From contig UYFQ01000001.1 in NCBI GenBank assembly GCA_900617105.1, forward strand, positions 1,674,001 through 1,738,000: a DNA stretch of 64,000 nt, in the 5' to 3' direction. Numbering within the stretch: position 1 is the stretch's first letter; each line of letters begins with the position of its first letter. The DNA comes from Hydrurus foetidus. Taxonomy: Eukaryota. The notes beneath the pieces were generated by a model. The model worked only from the letters and a program-made list of their open reading frames with translations, had not been told where the DNA came from and did not search any database. The position numbers and the translations under genes are program-made. This document shows positions 48,707 through 58,872 of the stretch, piece by piece.

Positions 48707-51700
48707 AAGCACTCAACCCAGAAATCTCCCGCCCTTGCGCACGTTTGCTTAGCAGAAGCACCAGCTCTTTCATCAGCGCCAGCTCAGCCTGGGCGCGGGC
48801 TTTCCAGCCCAAGTCCAGCGGGGCCATCAGGTCACTGAGCACCTCGCCGTCAAAAATCATGCGCTGCAAGATGCCGTCTACAAAGGTTTGCAGGGCTGCC
48901 GGGGCCAGTTCGTGCCGCGTGGCGATGGCAGCCAACTCCGTGCTGTCTTTTTCTTTCTTGAACCGCGTGTAGCCGTCGCGGATGGCGACTTCGCTCAAGC
49001 CCTCGCCTGCCTTCAGGGTATTGATGTAAGCAGCAATGTCGTCACGCTCGTTCATGAACTTGGCATCGGCCAGAATCAAACCGATCAGCTCGTCCTTTGT
49101 CATCTTCTGTTTGCCGGTGCCCTGTGAGTAACGGGACATGAGGCCCATGATGTAGTCGTAGTCGATCACTGCGCTGGCGAAGAGCACAAACTCAAAGTCG
49201 AGCTGGTTCACATCGGCTGCGTAATCGCCATTTGTAACGCCACCTTTGTCTTGCTGGGCTTGTTGCTGCTTGAGGCGCTGGGCGGTTTCCAGGTAGGCAC
49301 CGCGAAAGCCTTGCAGGTTTTCTGCGGGCAGGATGTGCTCGATGGCGACGGCGTTGTCGTCGGTCAAGTCGGTGTACTGGTCGAGCTGGGTTTTGAGGCG
49401 CTGCACCTCTTTGAAGTTTTTGATGAAGGCAGCGCGTGCGTCGTCGCCCTTGAGGCTGTGCACAGCGTCGGGCGTACAGGCCAAGCCCTGGCTTTGCATA
49501 AAGTCGGCAAGCACGGTGACAGCTGCGTCCAGCTTTTCGATGACCACTGGGGCCTTGTCCACCAGCCAGATCTCTCTAGCCTCTTCGCCCGACTTCTCGC
49601 CGGAGAACAGGGCAATCGCGGCATCCACGTTGGCCTGCTGCTGGCGAAAGTCCAGGATGTTGCCGTAGGGCTTGGTGCCGTTGAGCACGCGGTTGGTGCG
49701 TGAGAAGGCCTGTATCAAGCCGTGGTACTTGAGGTTTTTGTCCACGTACAGGGTGTTGAGGTACTTGCTGTCAAAGCCGGTGAGCAGCATGTCCACCACG
49801 ATGGTGATGTCGATCTTCTTGGCATGCGGGTAGTCAGCATTCGGCCACTGCTGGTCTTTGATGCGCTTTTGCACGTCCTGGTAGTACAGGTCAAACTCAT
49901 TGATGCTGTGGTTGGTGCCGTAGCGCGTGTTGTAGCTGGCCAGGATGGCTTTGAGAGCGGCTTTTTTGCCTTCGGGGTCTATTTGGTTGTCTTGCTTTTC
50001 TTGCGGCAGGTCTTCTTGAATTTGTTTGACATCCGCATCCCCCTCGGCGGGTGGTGAGAAGACACAGGCGATGTTGAGAGGCACAAAGGTGGGGTCGGCA
50101 GCTTGCCTGGTTTGTTGCAGTTCAGCAAACAGCCGGTGGTATTCGATGGCGTCATTGATGCTGGCGGTGGCCAGCACGGCGTTAAAGCGGCGGCTAGCCG
50201 TGGCCGTGTCGTGCTTGGCAAGGATGGCTTCAATGATCGCCCGCTTGGCCAGCGGCTCGCCCGCCTTGGGTGGGGGTGACTTGGGGTTTGGGCCTTCGGG
50301 CTTGAAGTAATCCACATGAAAGCGCAGCACATTCGTGTCTTCAATGGCGTGGGTGATGGTGTAGGCGTGCAGCTGCTTTTGGAAGATGTCTTGTGTGGTG
50401 CGAAACTGGCCTTCTTCGCCCTCAAACTGCTTGACTGTGGCGTTCTTTTCAAAAATCGGCGTACCGGTGAAACCGAAGAGCTGAGCCTTAGGAAAGAAGT
50501 TCTTGATGGCGTCGTGGTTATCACCAAACTGGGAGCGATGGCATTCGTCAAAAATAAAGACGATGCGTTTGTCGCTGAGCGGTGCCAGTTGCTCTTTAAA
50601 AGTGGCGTTGCCGTCTTTAGTCTGCTGTTTGTTGCGTTTGCTGTTTTCGTCTAACGCCAGGCCGAGCTTTTGAATGGTAGTGACGATGACTTTGTCGGCG
50701 TAGTCGTCAGACAGCAAGCGTCGCACCAGCGTGGCTGTGTTGGTGTTTTCCTCCACGCAGCCTTCTTGAAAGCGGTTGAATTCTTCGCGGGTTTGGCGGT
50801 CCAGGTCTTTGCGGTCCACCACAAACAGGCATTTTTCAATGTCGGGGTTGTTCTTCAGCAGGGTGGATGCTTTGAAAGATGTAAGCGTTTTGCCGCTGCC
50901 GGTGGTGTGCCAGATGTAGCCGTTGCCGCAATTTTGGTGGATGCAGTCCACGATTTGTTTGACTGCGTACACCTGATAGGGGCGCATCATGAGCAGCTTT
51001 TGCTCACTGGCAACCAGCACCATATAACGGCTGATGACCTCACCAAGGGTGCATTTGGCGAGAAACTTGTCCGCAAACTCGTCCAGCTGGCTGATCTTGT
51101 TGTTGGCCTCGTCCGCAAATTGGTAGATGGGCAGAAAGCGCTCATCCGCATTGAACGCAAAGTGGCGCGCGTTGTTGTTGGCGAAGTAATAGGTATTGGT
51201 GCGGTTGCTGACGATGAACAGCTGCAAAAAGCACAGCAGCGTTTTGGTGTAGCCGTTGCCGGGGTCGTTTTTGTAATCAACGATCTGCTCCATGGCGCGG
51301 CGTGGGTTGATGCCCAGCGTCTTCAGCTCGATCTGCACACACGGCACGCCGTTGATGAGAATGAGCACGTCGTACCGGTGATGGCTGTTGTCGGTGTTAA
51401 TGCGGAGCTGGTTGACAACCTCGAAGGTGTTTTTGCACCAGTCTTTGATGTTGACCAGCGTGTAGTTCAGTGGCGTGCCGTCTTCGCGCGTGAACGAGTT
51501 GATGCTGCGCAGGGTCTTGGCTGCGGTGAATACGTCGGGCGTGACCATTTCATCGAGCAGGCGGGCGAATTCACCGTCGGACAGTTTGACGCGGTTCAGC
51601 GATTCGAACTTCTCGCGGAAGTTGCGCTCTAGCGAAGCGCGGTCACGAATGTCATCGCGGTATTCGTATTTGAGGCGTTGCAGTTTGCCGATGAAGCCAT

Positions 51701-51776
51701 ATTCGATCTGCTCTTCGCGCACGACGTGGTTTGGGGCTGCGGGGCGCGGAGGATAGGTGAACTGCGATGAAGACAT
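48699..51776 (-). CDS. hsdR: Type I R-M restriction subunit
   Basis: D...IELK nuclease motif, HTTGSGKT, DECHR, LTGFD, QAFSRTNR. Confidence 0.95.
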   Translation of the reverse strand: MSSSQFTYPPRPAAPNHVVREEQIEYGFIGKLQRLKYEYRDDIRDRASLERNFREKFESLNRVKLSDGEFARLLDEMVTPDVFTAAKTLRSINSFTREDGTPLNYTLVNIKDWCKNTFEVVNQLRINTDNSHHRYDVLILINGVPCVQIELKTLGINPRRAMEQIVDYKNDPGNGYTKTLLCFLQLFIVSNRTNTYYFANNNARHFAFNADERFLPIYQFADEANNKISQLDEFADKFLAKCTLGEVISRYMVLVASEQKLLMMRPYQVYAVKQIVDCIHQNCGNGYIWHTTGSGKTLTSFKASTLLKNNPDIEKCLFVVDRKDLDRQTREEFNRFQEGCVEENTNTATLVRRLLSDDYADKVIVTTIQKLGLALDENSKRNKQQTKDGNATFKEQLAPLSDKRIVFIFDECHRSQFGDNHDAIKNFFPKAQLFGFTGTPIFEKNATVKQFEGEEGQFRTTQDIFQKQLHAYTITHAIEDTNVLRFHVDYFKPEGPNPKSPPPKAGEPLAKRAIIEAILAKHDTATASRRFNAVLATASINDAIEYHRLFAELQQTRQAADPTFVPLNIACVFSPPAEGDADVKQIQEDLPQEKQDNQIDPEGKKAALKAILASYNTRYGTNHSINEFDLYYQDVQKRIKDQQWPNADYPHAKKIDITIVVDMLLTGFDSKYLNTLYVDKNLKYHGLIQAFSRTNRVLNGTKPYGNILDFRQQQANVDAAIALFSGEKSGEEAREIWLVDKAPVVIEKLDAAVTVLADFMQSQGLACTPDAVHSLKGDDARAAFIKNFKEVQRLKTQLDQYTDLTDDNAVAIEHILPAENLQGFRGAYLETAQRLKQQQAQQDKGGVTNGDYAADVNQLDFEFVLFASAVIDYDYIMGLMSRYSQGTGKQKMTKDELIGLILADAKFMNERDDIAAYINTLKAGEGLSEVAIRDGYTRFKKEKDSTELAAIATRHELAPAALQTFVDGILQRMIFDGEVLSDLMAPLDLGWKARAQAELALMKELVLLLSKRAQGREISGLSAYE

Positions 51777-51907
51777 AGGTTGGCGGTTAACGTGTCGGCT
51801 GGAGCTGTCGACTGATTTGGGGTTGCTTTCGCTATGGTACCCACGATTGTGACCGCCTGGCCTTTGATTTCTACACGTCGCCTACGCATATTCCCCAGCG
51901 GTAAAGC

Positions 51908-51939
51908 AAAAAACCCGAGCTGGGAAGGCTCGGGTTTTT
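51908..51939. terminator. Intrinsic terminator of pdh operon
   Basis: AAAAACCCGAGC-tgggaag-GCTCGGGTTTTT. Confidence 0.85.
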
Positions 51940-51959
51940 ATTGGAGACTGGATACAGTT

Positions 51960-53837
51960 TTACTTCTTCGCCGGCGGCAAATCAGTGCAACTCCCATGCG
52001 CCACTTCAGCCGCCATACCGATGCTCTCTCCCAATGTCGGATGCGGATGAATCGTTTTGCCGATATCGACTGCGTCTGCACCCATTTCAATAGCCAATGC
52101 GATCTCACCAATCATGTCACCCGCATGCGTGCCGACCATACCGCCGCCCAAGATTTTTCCGTGGCCGTGCGCTTCTGGTGAGTCGTCAAACAGCAGCTTG
52201 GTCACGCCTTCGTCGCGGCCGTTGGCTATGGCTCGGCCTGATGCTGACCATGGGAACAGGCCTTTTTTGACCTTGATGCCTTTTGCCTTGGCCTCGTCTT
52301 CCGTCAGGCCGACCCAGGCAACTTCGGGGTCGGTGTAGGCGACGCTTGGGATGACTCTGGCGTTAAACGCTGCGCTGGCAAGTTCTTTGTTGCCTTGCAG
52401 TTCGCCTGTAATAACTTCAGCGGCCACATGCGCCTCGTGCACTGCTTTGTGGGCGAGCATGGGCTGACCGATGATGTCGCCGATGGCGAAGATGTGCGGC
52501 ACGTTGGTGCGCATTTGAATGTCTACGTTAATGAAGCCGCGGTCTGTGACTGCCACGCCTGCTTTTTCAGCCGCGAGCTTTTTGCCGTTGGGAGTGCGGC
52601 CTACGGCTTGAAGTACCAGGTCGTAGGTTTGCGGCTCTGGGGCTTTGACGGCGGTGTCAGTTGATTCAAAGGTGACCTCGATACCTTCAGCGGTCGCTTT
52701 GGCGCCGACAGTCTTGGTTTTGAGCATGATGTTGTCAAAACGTGGCGCATTCATTTTTTGCCAGATTTTGACCAGGTCGCGGTCAGCGCCTTGCATCAGG
52801 CCGTCCATCATTTCAACGACGTCCAGGCGCGCGCCGAGCGTGCTGTAGACCGTACCCATCTCCAGGCCAATGATGCCGCCACCCAGAATCAGCATGCGCT
52901 TGGGCACTTCTTTCAAACCCAGTGCGCCGGTCGAATCAACCACACGCGGGTCGTTGGGGATGAAGGGCAAGCGCACGGCTTGTGAGCCTGCGGCGATGAT
53001 GCAGTTTTTGAACTGGATGGTTTGCTTGTTTCCAGTTTTTTCTTGCGCCGTGCCGCTGGTTTCTTCAACCTGCAAATGATTTGATCCGACAAATTGACCG
53101 AGGCCGCGCACCACCGATACCTTGCGCATTTTGGCCATCGCCGCCAAGCCGCCGGTGAGCTTGCCAACGACTTTATCTTTGTGGCTGCGCAGCATATCGA
53201 TGTTGATTTTGGGTGGACCAAAGTCAATGCCGAGTGCTTTCATGTGGCTGGCCTCATCAATCACTGCCGCAACGTGCAGCAGCGCTTTGGACGGAATGCA
53301 ACCGACGTTCAAACACACACCGCCCAGCGCTGCGTAACGCTCTACCAGTATGACTTTGAGGCCAAGGTCAGCCGCGCGGAATGCGGCGCTATAGCCGCCT
53401 GGGCCTGCGCCCAGTACCAGCAGGTCGCAGTCTAGGTCGGCTGTGCCTTTGAACGTTGTGGCTGGGGTCGGAGAGCCCTCACCCCTGCCCTCTCCCGGAG
53501 GGAGAGAGAGCGAAGTTGAAGGAAGACTTGCTATGTTTTCAGGAGCCGCTTGCGCCGGTATTTGTTGGGCTACAGGCACTTTTGATGCCTGAACAGGGCC
53601 TGGTGCAACCTCTTCGAGGCTCAAAACGACAGAACCTTGTTTCACCTTGTCGCCCAACTTGACGCTGATGGCCTTGACCACGCCCGCAGCAGAAGACGGA
53701 ATCTCCATCGACGCTTTGTCGCTTTCCACCGTGAGCAAGCTTTGGTCAACAGCAATGGTGTCGCCTACCCTGACCAGCAGCTCAATGACAGTGACTTCGT
53801 CGAAATCGCCAATATCAGGTACTTTGATTTCCAGCAT
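51960..53837 (-). CDS. lpdA: Dihydrolipoamide dehydrogenase with N-terminal lipoyl domain
   Basis: ESDKAS, GAGPGG, CLNVGC, HPHPTLGE. Confidence 0.95.
   Translation of the reverse strand: MLEIKVPDIGDFDEVTVIELLVRVGDTIAVDQSLLTVESDKASMEIPSSAAGVVKAISVKLGDKVKQGSVVLSLEEVAPGPVQASKVPVAQQIPAQAAPENIASLPSTSLSLPPGEGRGEGSPTPATTFKGTADLDCDLLVLGAGPGGYSAAFRAADLGLKVILVERYAALGGVCLNVGCIPSKALLHVAAVIDEASHMKALGIDFGPPKINIDMLRSHKDKVVGKLTGGLAAMAKMRKVSVVRGLGQFVGSNHLQVEETSGTAQEKTGNKQTIQFKNCIIAAGSQAVRLPFIPNDPRVVDSTGALGLKEVPKRMLILGGGIIGLEMGTVYSTLGARLDVVEMMDGLMQGADRDLVKIWQKMNAPRFDNIMLKTKTVGAKATAEGIEVTFESTDTAVKAPEPQTYDLVLQAVGRTPNGKKLAAEKAGVAVTDRGFINVDIQMRTNVPHIFAIGDIIGQPMLAHKAVHEAHVAAEVITGELQGNKELASAAFNARVIPSVAYTDPEVAWVGLTEDEAKAKGIKVKKGLFPWSASGRAIANGRDEGVTKLLFDDSPEAHGHGKILGGGMVGTHAGDMIGEIALAIEMGADAVDIGKTIHPHPTLGESIGMAAEVAHGSCTDLPPAKK
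53476..53577 (+). repeat. Family B (CCCTCTCCC...GGGAGAG) plus family A repeats inside lpdA linker
   Basis: CCCTCACCCCTGCCCTCTCCCGGAGGGAGAG then GCTATG...TTGGGCTACAGG. Confidence 0.8.
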
Positions 53838-53839
53838 AT

Positions 53840-54424
53840 TCAAGCTTTCAACTTCACCGAGTAAATGTCAATTGGCCCACCGGAGTTTTTGTCAAACTCA
53901 CAGCCAGCGTTGATGCCCGCCATGGCAACTTCTTTTGCGGTTTTGGATTTGCCCCACGCCGCGTGCATGGCGCCCAACGCAAAGCCGCGCCCGGTACCAA
54001 TACCCCAGAATTCTTTAAATTCAAAAATCTCACGGTAGCTGTACAAGCCGTAAATGCCGCTGGCGTTCGCAATCAGCACGGTGAACTGCATCGACTCATA
54101 CGGATCGTTATCGTCTTCTTTGGTTTGCATGAAAAACGTTTCTTTCAGCAACGGATGCAGCTTTAAAAACGTTTCGTACACCTCATCTTTTGAGTTGAGC
54201 TTCAAATCTTCTTTAGGCAACGCCGCCATGGCTTTGCGCAGCGCCGGAAAATGGGCCACCGTGCCTGCCATGCCGATGTGGCTGATGCCTTGCGGCCCAT
54301 TGACCTTGAAGATTTTGCTATTGGCCTCAAACCGGTGCGGCAAGCGCGTGTCACCAAACGTCACCATGGTGTCAGCGGCCATCACGACCTGACCGGCTTT
54401 TTTAACGACTACTACTGTGGTCAT
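53840..54424 (-). CDS. Proteasome/HslV-like Ntn hydrolase (BPH-like)
   Basis: M-TT start, MAADT, NSKI, GIGTG, CEFDKNS. Confidence 0.75.
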   Translation of the reverse strand: MTTVVVVKKAGQVVMAADTMVTFGDTRLPHRFEANSKIFKVNGPQGISHIGMAGTVAHFPALRKAMAALPKEDLKLNSKDEVYETFLKLHPLLKETFFMQTKEDDNDPYESMQFTVLIANASGIYGLYSYREIFEFKEFWGIGTGRGFALGAMHAAWGKSKTAKEVAMAGINAGCEFDKNSGGPIDIYSVKLKA

Positions 54425-56130
54425 AACAGAACTCGTCGGAAGTCACTCAAAATTTGGCCGAGGTACGAGTTAAAGCGCGCAGCGGCTGCACCATCAATCA
54501 CGCGGTGGTCCCAGGTTAGCGACAGCGGCAGCATCAGGCGGGGCTGAAACTCTTTACCGTCCCACACAGGCTCCATATTGCTCTTGCACACACCCAAAAT
54601 AGCGACTTCAGGCGCGTTAATGATGGGGGTGAAGTAGCGCCCGCCAATACCGCCCAGGCTGGAGATGGTGAAGCAAGCACCCTGCATTTCAGCCGGGTTG
54701 AGTTTGCCGTCTCGCGCTTTTTTGGCCAGCTCTCCCATCTCGGCGCTGATTTGCAGCACACCCTTTTTGTCGCAATCACGAATGACCGGCACCATCAAGC
54801 CGTTGGGTGTGTCGGCTGCAAACGCGATGTGAAAGTACTGCTTGTAGACAACTGCGTCGCCGTCAATCGATGAGTTGAAATCGGGAAACTTCTTAAGCGC
54901 TGATACGCAGGCCTTGATGAGGAAAGCGAGCATCGTTATTTTGATGCCTGACTTCTCGTTTTCTTTATTCGTCGCGACGCGGAAGGCTTCGAGGTCAGTG
55001 ATGTCCGCATCGTCGTGGTTAGTGACTGCCGGAATCACAATCGCGTTGCGCAGCAAATTGGCACCGCTGATTTTTTTGATGCGCCCCATTTCCTTGCGCT
55101 CAGTTGGGCCGAACTTGGTGAAGTCGACCTTCGGCCACGGCAACAAGTCCAGGCCGACGCCTGAGCCGCCTGATGCAGCAGGCGCTTTGGCAGCTTGGGC
55201 AACAGTTTGCACGGCGCCCGCCATCACCAATTTGGTGAAAGCCTGCACGTCGTCCAGCGTGATGCGGCCTTTGGGGCCTGCGCCTTTGACTTCAGCCAGC
55301 GGAACACCCAGCTCGCGTGCGAATTTGCGAACGGATGGCGAGGCGTGGGGCAAAGTGCCTGTGGGAGCGGTGGTGGGGTTGTGAGCGGGAGCGGGAGCGG
55401 GCGCACCCTCACCCCTGCCCTCTCTCGCAGGCGGGCGAGGGAGCAATACGGGGGCGGTCTGCAGACTTGCCCCCTCTCCCGTAACGGGAGAGGGTTGGGG
55501 TGAGGGAGCGCTTGCAGCAGGCGAAACACCTTCCAGCACAGCCAGCAAATCCCCAATATTGATCTTGTCGCCGAGCTTGACTTTGAGGTCTTTCAGCACG
55601 CCAGAGCCTGATGACGGAATCTCCATTGAGGCTTTGTCTGATTCAACCGTGACCAGTGACTGCTCAACCTTGATGCTGTCGCCAACTTTGACCAGCACTT
55701 CAATCACGGTGACGTCTTTGAAGTCGCCGATGTCGGGGACGTGAATTTCGATCGAGCCGCTGGCTGAAGAGCCCTCACCCCTGCCCTCTCCCGCTAGCGG
55801 GAGAGGGAGTGAAGATGCTACTGTTTCAGGAGCTTCTTGCAGCCGTATCTCTTGGGCTACAGGCGCTTTTGACGCTGAATTTGAGCCTGAATCAGCACTT
55901 TCAAGACTCAAAACAATCGAGCCTTGTTTGACCTTGTCGCCGAGCTTGACTTTGACCTCTTTCACCACACCAGCCGCGCTCGACGGAATTTCCATCGATG
56001 CTTTGTCAGATTCAACTGTCAGTAACGACTGGTCTGCGGCGATGGTGTCGCCGGGTTTGACCAGCAGCTCAATCACGGTGACTTCATCAAAGTCGCCAAT
56101 GTCGGGAACTGCAATATCTATGGTTGCCAT
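54421..56130 (-). CDS. aceF: Pyruvate dehydrogenase E2, two lipoyl domains
   Basis: Two ESDKAS, HASPSVRKFARE, DHRVIDG. Confidence 0.95.
   Translation of the reverse strand: MATIDIAVPDIGDFDEVTVIELLVKPGDTIAADQSLLTVESDKASMEIPSSAAGVVKEVKVKLGDKVKQGSIVLSLESADSGSNSASKAPVAQEIRLQEAPETVASSLPLPLAGEGRGEGSSASGSIEIHVPDIGDFKDVTVIEVLVKVGDSIKVEQSLVTVESDKASMEIPSSGSGVLKDLKVKLGDKINIGDLLAVLEGVSPAASAPSPQPSPVTGEGASLQTAPVLLPRPPAREGRGEGAPAPAPAHNPTTAPTGTLPHASPSVRKFARELGVPLAEVKGAGPKGRITLDDVQAFTKLVMAGAVQTVAQAAKAPAASGGSGVGLDLLPWPKVDFTKFGPTERKEMGRIKKISGANLLRNAIVIPAVTNHDDADITDLEAFRVATNKENEKSGIKITMLAFLIKACVSALKKFPDFNSSIDGDAVVYKQYFHIAFAADTPNGLMVPVIRDCDKKGVLQISAEMGELAKKARDGKLNPAEMQGACFTISSLGGIGGRYFTPIINAPEVAILGVCKSNMEPVWDGKEFQPRLMLPLSLTWDHRVIDGAAAARFNSYLGQILSDFRRVLL
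55406..55507. repeat. Inverted pair of family B repeats inside aceF
   Basis: CCCTCACCCCTGCCCTCTCTCGC..GCGAGGG and CCCTCTCCCGTAACGGGAGAGGGTTGGGGTGAGGG. Confidence 0.8.
55772..55864 (+). repeat. Family B plus family A repeats inside aceF linker
   Basis: CCCTCACCCCTGCCCTCTCCCGCTAGCGGGAGAGGG then GCTACTG...TTGGGCTACAGG. Confidence 0.8.
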
Positions 56131-56142
56131 TTCGTTCGCTCC

Positions 56143-58872
56143 TTACGCGTAAAGAGGGTTGATTTTGTCAACGGCAATACCGTATTTCTTAATCGCCTCG
56201 GCCACCTTAGCCACCGGCACTGTGCCCTCTTCACTCAAAGCCTTCAGCGCCGCGACCGCTATGTAATGGCGGTTAATTTCAAAGTGCTCGCGCAGTTTGC
56301 TTCTGAAGTCACTGCGGCCAAAACCGTCGGTACCCAACACCTTGAAGGTGCGCCCTTTGGGAATGTAGTTGCGAATCTGCTCGGCAAAAGCCTTCATGTA
56401 GTCGGTTGACGCAATCACAGGGCCAGTGTGCTTTTCAAGCTGCTGGCCAACAAACGGTACGCGAGCTTTTTCTAGCGGATGCAGCAAGCTCCAGCGCTCG
56501 GCGTCTTGGCCGTCGCGTGCCAGCTCGTTAAAGCTTGGGCAGCTCCATACATTGCTGGACACGCCCCAGTCTTTTTCTAACAACTCTTGCGCAGCAATCG
56601 ATTCGCGCAGGATGGTGCCCGAGCCCAAAAGCTGCACGCGGGGAGTAAGCTTGCTGCCTTCTTTGCACAGGTACATGCCTTTAATAATCTGCTCTTCAGT
56701 GCCAGGAGTCAGGCCAGGCATAGCGTAGTTTTCATTGAGCAACGTCAAATAAAAATACACGTTGTCTTGTTTTTCGACCATGCGTTTAAGGCCGTGGTGC
56801 AAGATCACGCCGACTTCATGCGCAAAGGTTGGGTCATAGCTGATGCAATTCGGAATCGTGCCGGCCATGATGTGGCTGTGGCCGTCTTCGTGCTGCAGAC
56901 CTTCACCGTTGAGCGTGGTGCGGCCCGATGTACCGCCCAGCAAAAAGCCGCGCGCCTGCATGTCGCCAGCAGCCCAAGCCAGGTCGCCCACGCGCTGAAA
57001 ACCGAACATCGAGTAGTAGACGTAAAACGGAATCATGATGCGGTTGTTCGTGCTGTAGCTGGTTGCCGCTGCAATCCAGCTGCTCATGCCGCCCGCTTCG
57101 TTGATGCCCTCTTGCAAGATTTGGCCCTTGGTGTCTTCCTTGTAATACATCACCTGGTCTTTATCGACCGGCGTGTATTTTTGGCCATCGGGGTTGTAGA
57201 TGCCGATCTGTCGGAACAAACCTTCCATGCCAAAGGTGCGGGCTTCATCAACCAAAATCGGCACCACGCGCGGGCCCAGCGCCTGGTCGCGCAGCAGCTG
57301 CGTTAAAAAGCGAACATAGGCTTGCGTGGTGGAGATTTCGCGGCCTTCAGGCGTGGGCTCCATCACCGATTTGAAGGTGTCCAGCGCCGGCACCGTAAAG
57401 CTCTCGTCCGCTTTTGTGCGGCGATGTGGCAGGTAGCCACCAAGGGCTTTGCGACGCTCGTGCAGGTAGCGCATTTCGGGCGTGTCGTCTGCAGGTTTGT
57501 AAAACGGAATGTCGGCCAGCTGACTGTCGGGAATTGGAATGCCAAAGCGGTCGCGAAAAGCCTTGATGTCATCGTCAGACAATTTTTTGGTTTGGTGAAC
57601 GTTGTTTTTACCTTCGCCAATTTTGCCCATGCCAAAACCTTTGACGGTTTTGATAAGTAGCACGGTCGGCTGGCCAACGTGTTTAACCGCAGCGTGAAAA
57701 GCGGCGTAAACCTTTTGTGAATCGTGCCCGCCACGGCGCAAATTGAAGATGTCGTCGTCGCTCATTTTGGCGACCATCTCCAGCGTTTTCGGGTTTTGCC
57801 CAAAGAAGTGTTTGCGCACGTAGGCGCCGTCGTTCGCCTTCATGGCTTGGTAGTCGCCGTCGAGCGTGTCCATCATGACTTTTTTGAGCGCGCCGTCTTT
57901 GTCGCGTGCCAACAGGGGGTCCCAGCCGTTACCCCAAATCAGCTTGATGACGTTCCAGCCTGACCCGCGAAACTCGCCTTCGAGCTCTTGAATAATTTTG
58001 CCGTTGCCGCGCACCGGGCCATCCAGTCGCTGCAAATTGCAGTTGATGACAAACACCAAATTGTCGAGCCGCTCGCGTGCGGCGAGACCAATTGCGCCCA
58101 TTGATTCGACTTCGTCCATTTCGCCGTCTCCACAAAACACCCACACTTTTCGATTGGCGGTGTCGGCAATGCCGCGTGCGTGCAGGTACTTTAAAAAGCG
58201 CGCCTGGTAAATCGCCATCAGCGGCCCCAAGCCCATCGACACAGTAGGGAACTGCCAAAACTCAGGCATTAATTTGGGGTGCGGGTAGCTCGACAAGCCC
58301 TTGCCATCAACCTCTTGCCTGAAGTTAAGCAACTGCTCTTCCGTCAAACGGCCTTCAAGATAAGCACGCGCGTAAACGCCGGGCGACACGTGGCCTTGTA
58401 TGTACAGGCAATCGCCGCCGTGCTCTTTGCCGGCTTCGTTCGACTCAGCATGCCAAAAGTGATTAAAACCTGCACCAAACAAACTGGCCAGAGACGCAAA
58501 CGAGCCAATGTGCCCACCCAAGTCACCACCGTCGGCCGGGTGCAGGCGGTTGGCTTTAACGACCATGGCCATTGCGTTCCAGCGCATGTAGGCGCGCAGG
58601 CGTTTTTCAATTTCAAGGTTGCCCGGCGAGCGTTCTTCCTGGTCAGGCTCCAGCGTATTCACGTAACCCGTGTTGGCCGAAAACGGCATGTCGATGCTGC
58701 TTTGGCGAGCGTGCTCCAGCAATTGTTCAAGTAAAAAATGCGCGCGCTCCGGGCCTTCGCTGTCAATGACGGCCGACAGCGCGTCCAGCCACTCGCGGGT
58801 TTCTTGCGCGTCGTTGTCAAACGCATGTTGAGCAGCGCGGGACGGCTGGGAATCAATAGGGTTGGCGGCCAT
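56143..58872 (-). CDS. aceE: Pyruvate dehydrogenase E1
   Basis: GDGEMDE, FPTVSMG, GEGLQHEDG; ATG 58872 after AGGAG. Confidence 0.96.
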   Translation of the reverse strand: MAANPIDSQPSRAAQHAFDNDAQETREWLDALSAVIDSEGPERAHFLLEQLLEHARQSSIDMPFSANTGYVNTLEPDQEERSPGNLEIEKRLRAYMRWNAMAMVVKANRLHPADGGDLGGHIGSFASLASLFGAGFNHFWHAESNEAGKEHGGDCLYIQGHVSPGVYARAYLEGRLTEEQLLNFRQEVDGKGLSSYPHPKLMPEFWQFPTVSMGLGPLMAIYQARFLKYLHARGIADTANRKVWVFCGDGEMDEVESMGAIGLAARERLDNLVFVINCNLQRLDGPVRGNGKIIQELEGEFRGSGWNVIKLIWGNGWDPLLARDKDGALKKVMMDTLDGDYQAMKANDGAYVRKHFFGQNPKTLEMVAKMSDDDIFNLRRGGHDSQKVYAAFHAAVKHVGQPTVLLIKTVKGFGMGKIGEGKNNVHQTKKLSDDDIKAFRDRFGIPIPDSQLADIPFYKPADDTPEMRYLHERRKALGGYLPHRRTKADESFTVPALDTFKSVMEPTPEGREISTTQAYVRFLTQLLRDQALGPRVVPILVDEARTFGMEGLFRQIGIYNPDGQKYTPVDKDQVMYYKEDTKGQILQEGINEAGGMSSWIAAATSYSTNNRIMIPFYVYYSMFGFQRVGDLAWAAGDMQARGFLLGGTSGRTTLNGEGLQHEDGHSHIMAGTIPNCISYDPTFAHEVGVILHHGLKRMVEKQDNVYFYLTLLNENYAMPGLTPGTEEQIIKGMYLCKEGSKLTPRVQLLGSGTILRESIAAQELLEKDWGVSSNVWSCPSFNELARDGQDAERWSLLHPLEKARVPFVGQQLEKHTGPVIASTDYMKAFAEQIRNYIPKGRTFKVLGTDGFGRSDFRSKLREHFEINRHYIAVAALKALSEEGTVPVAKVAEAIKKYGIAVDKINPLYA

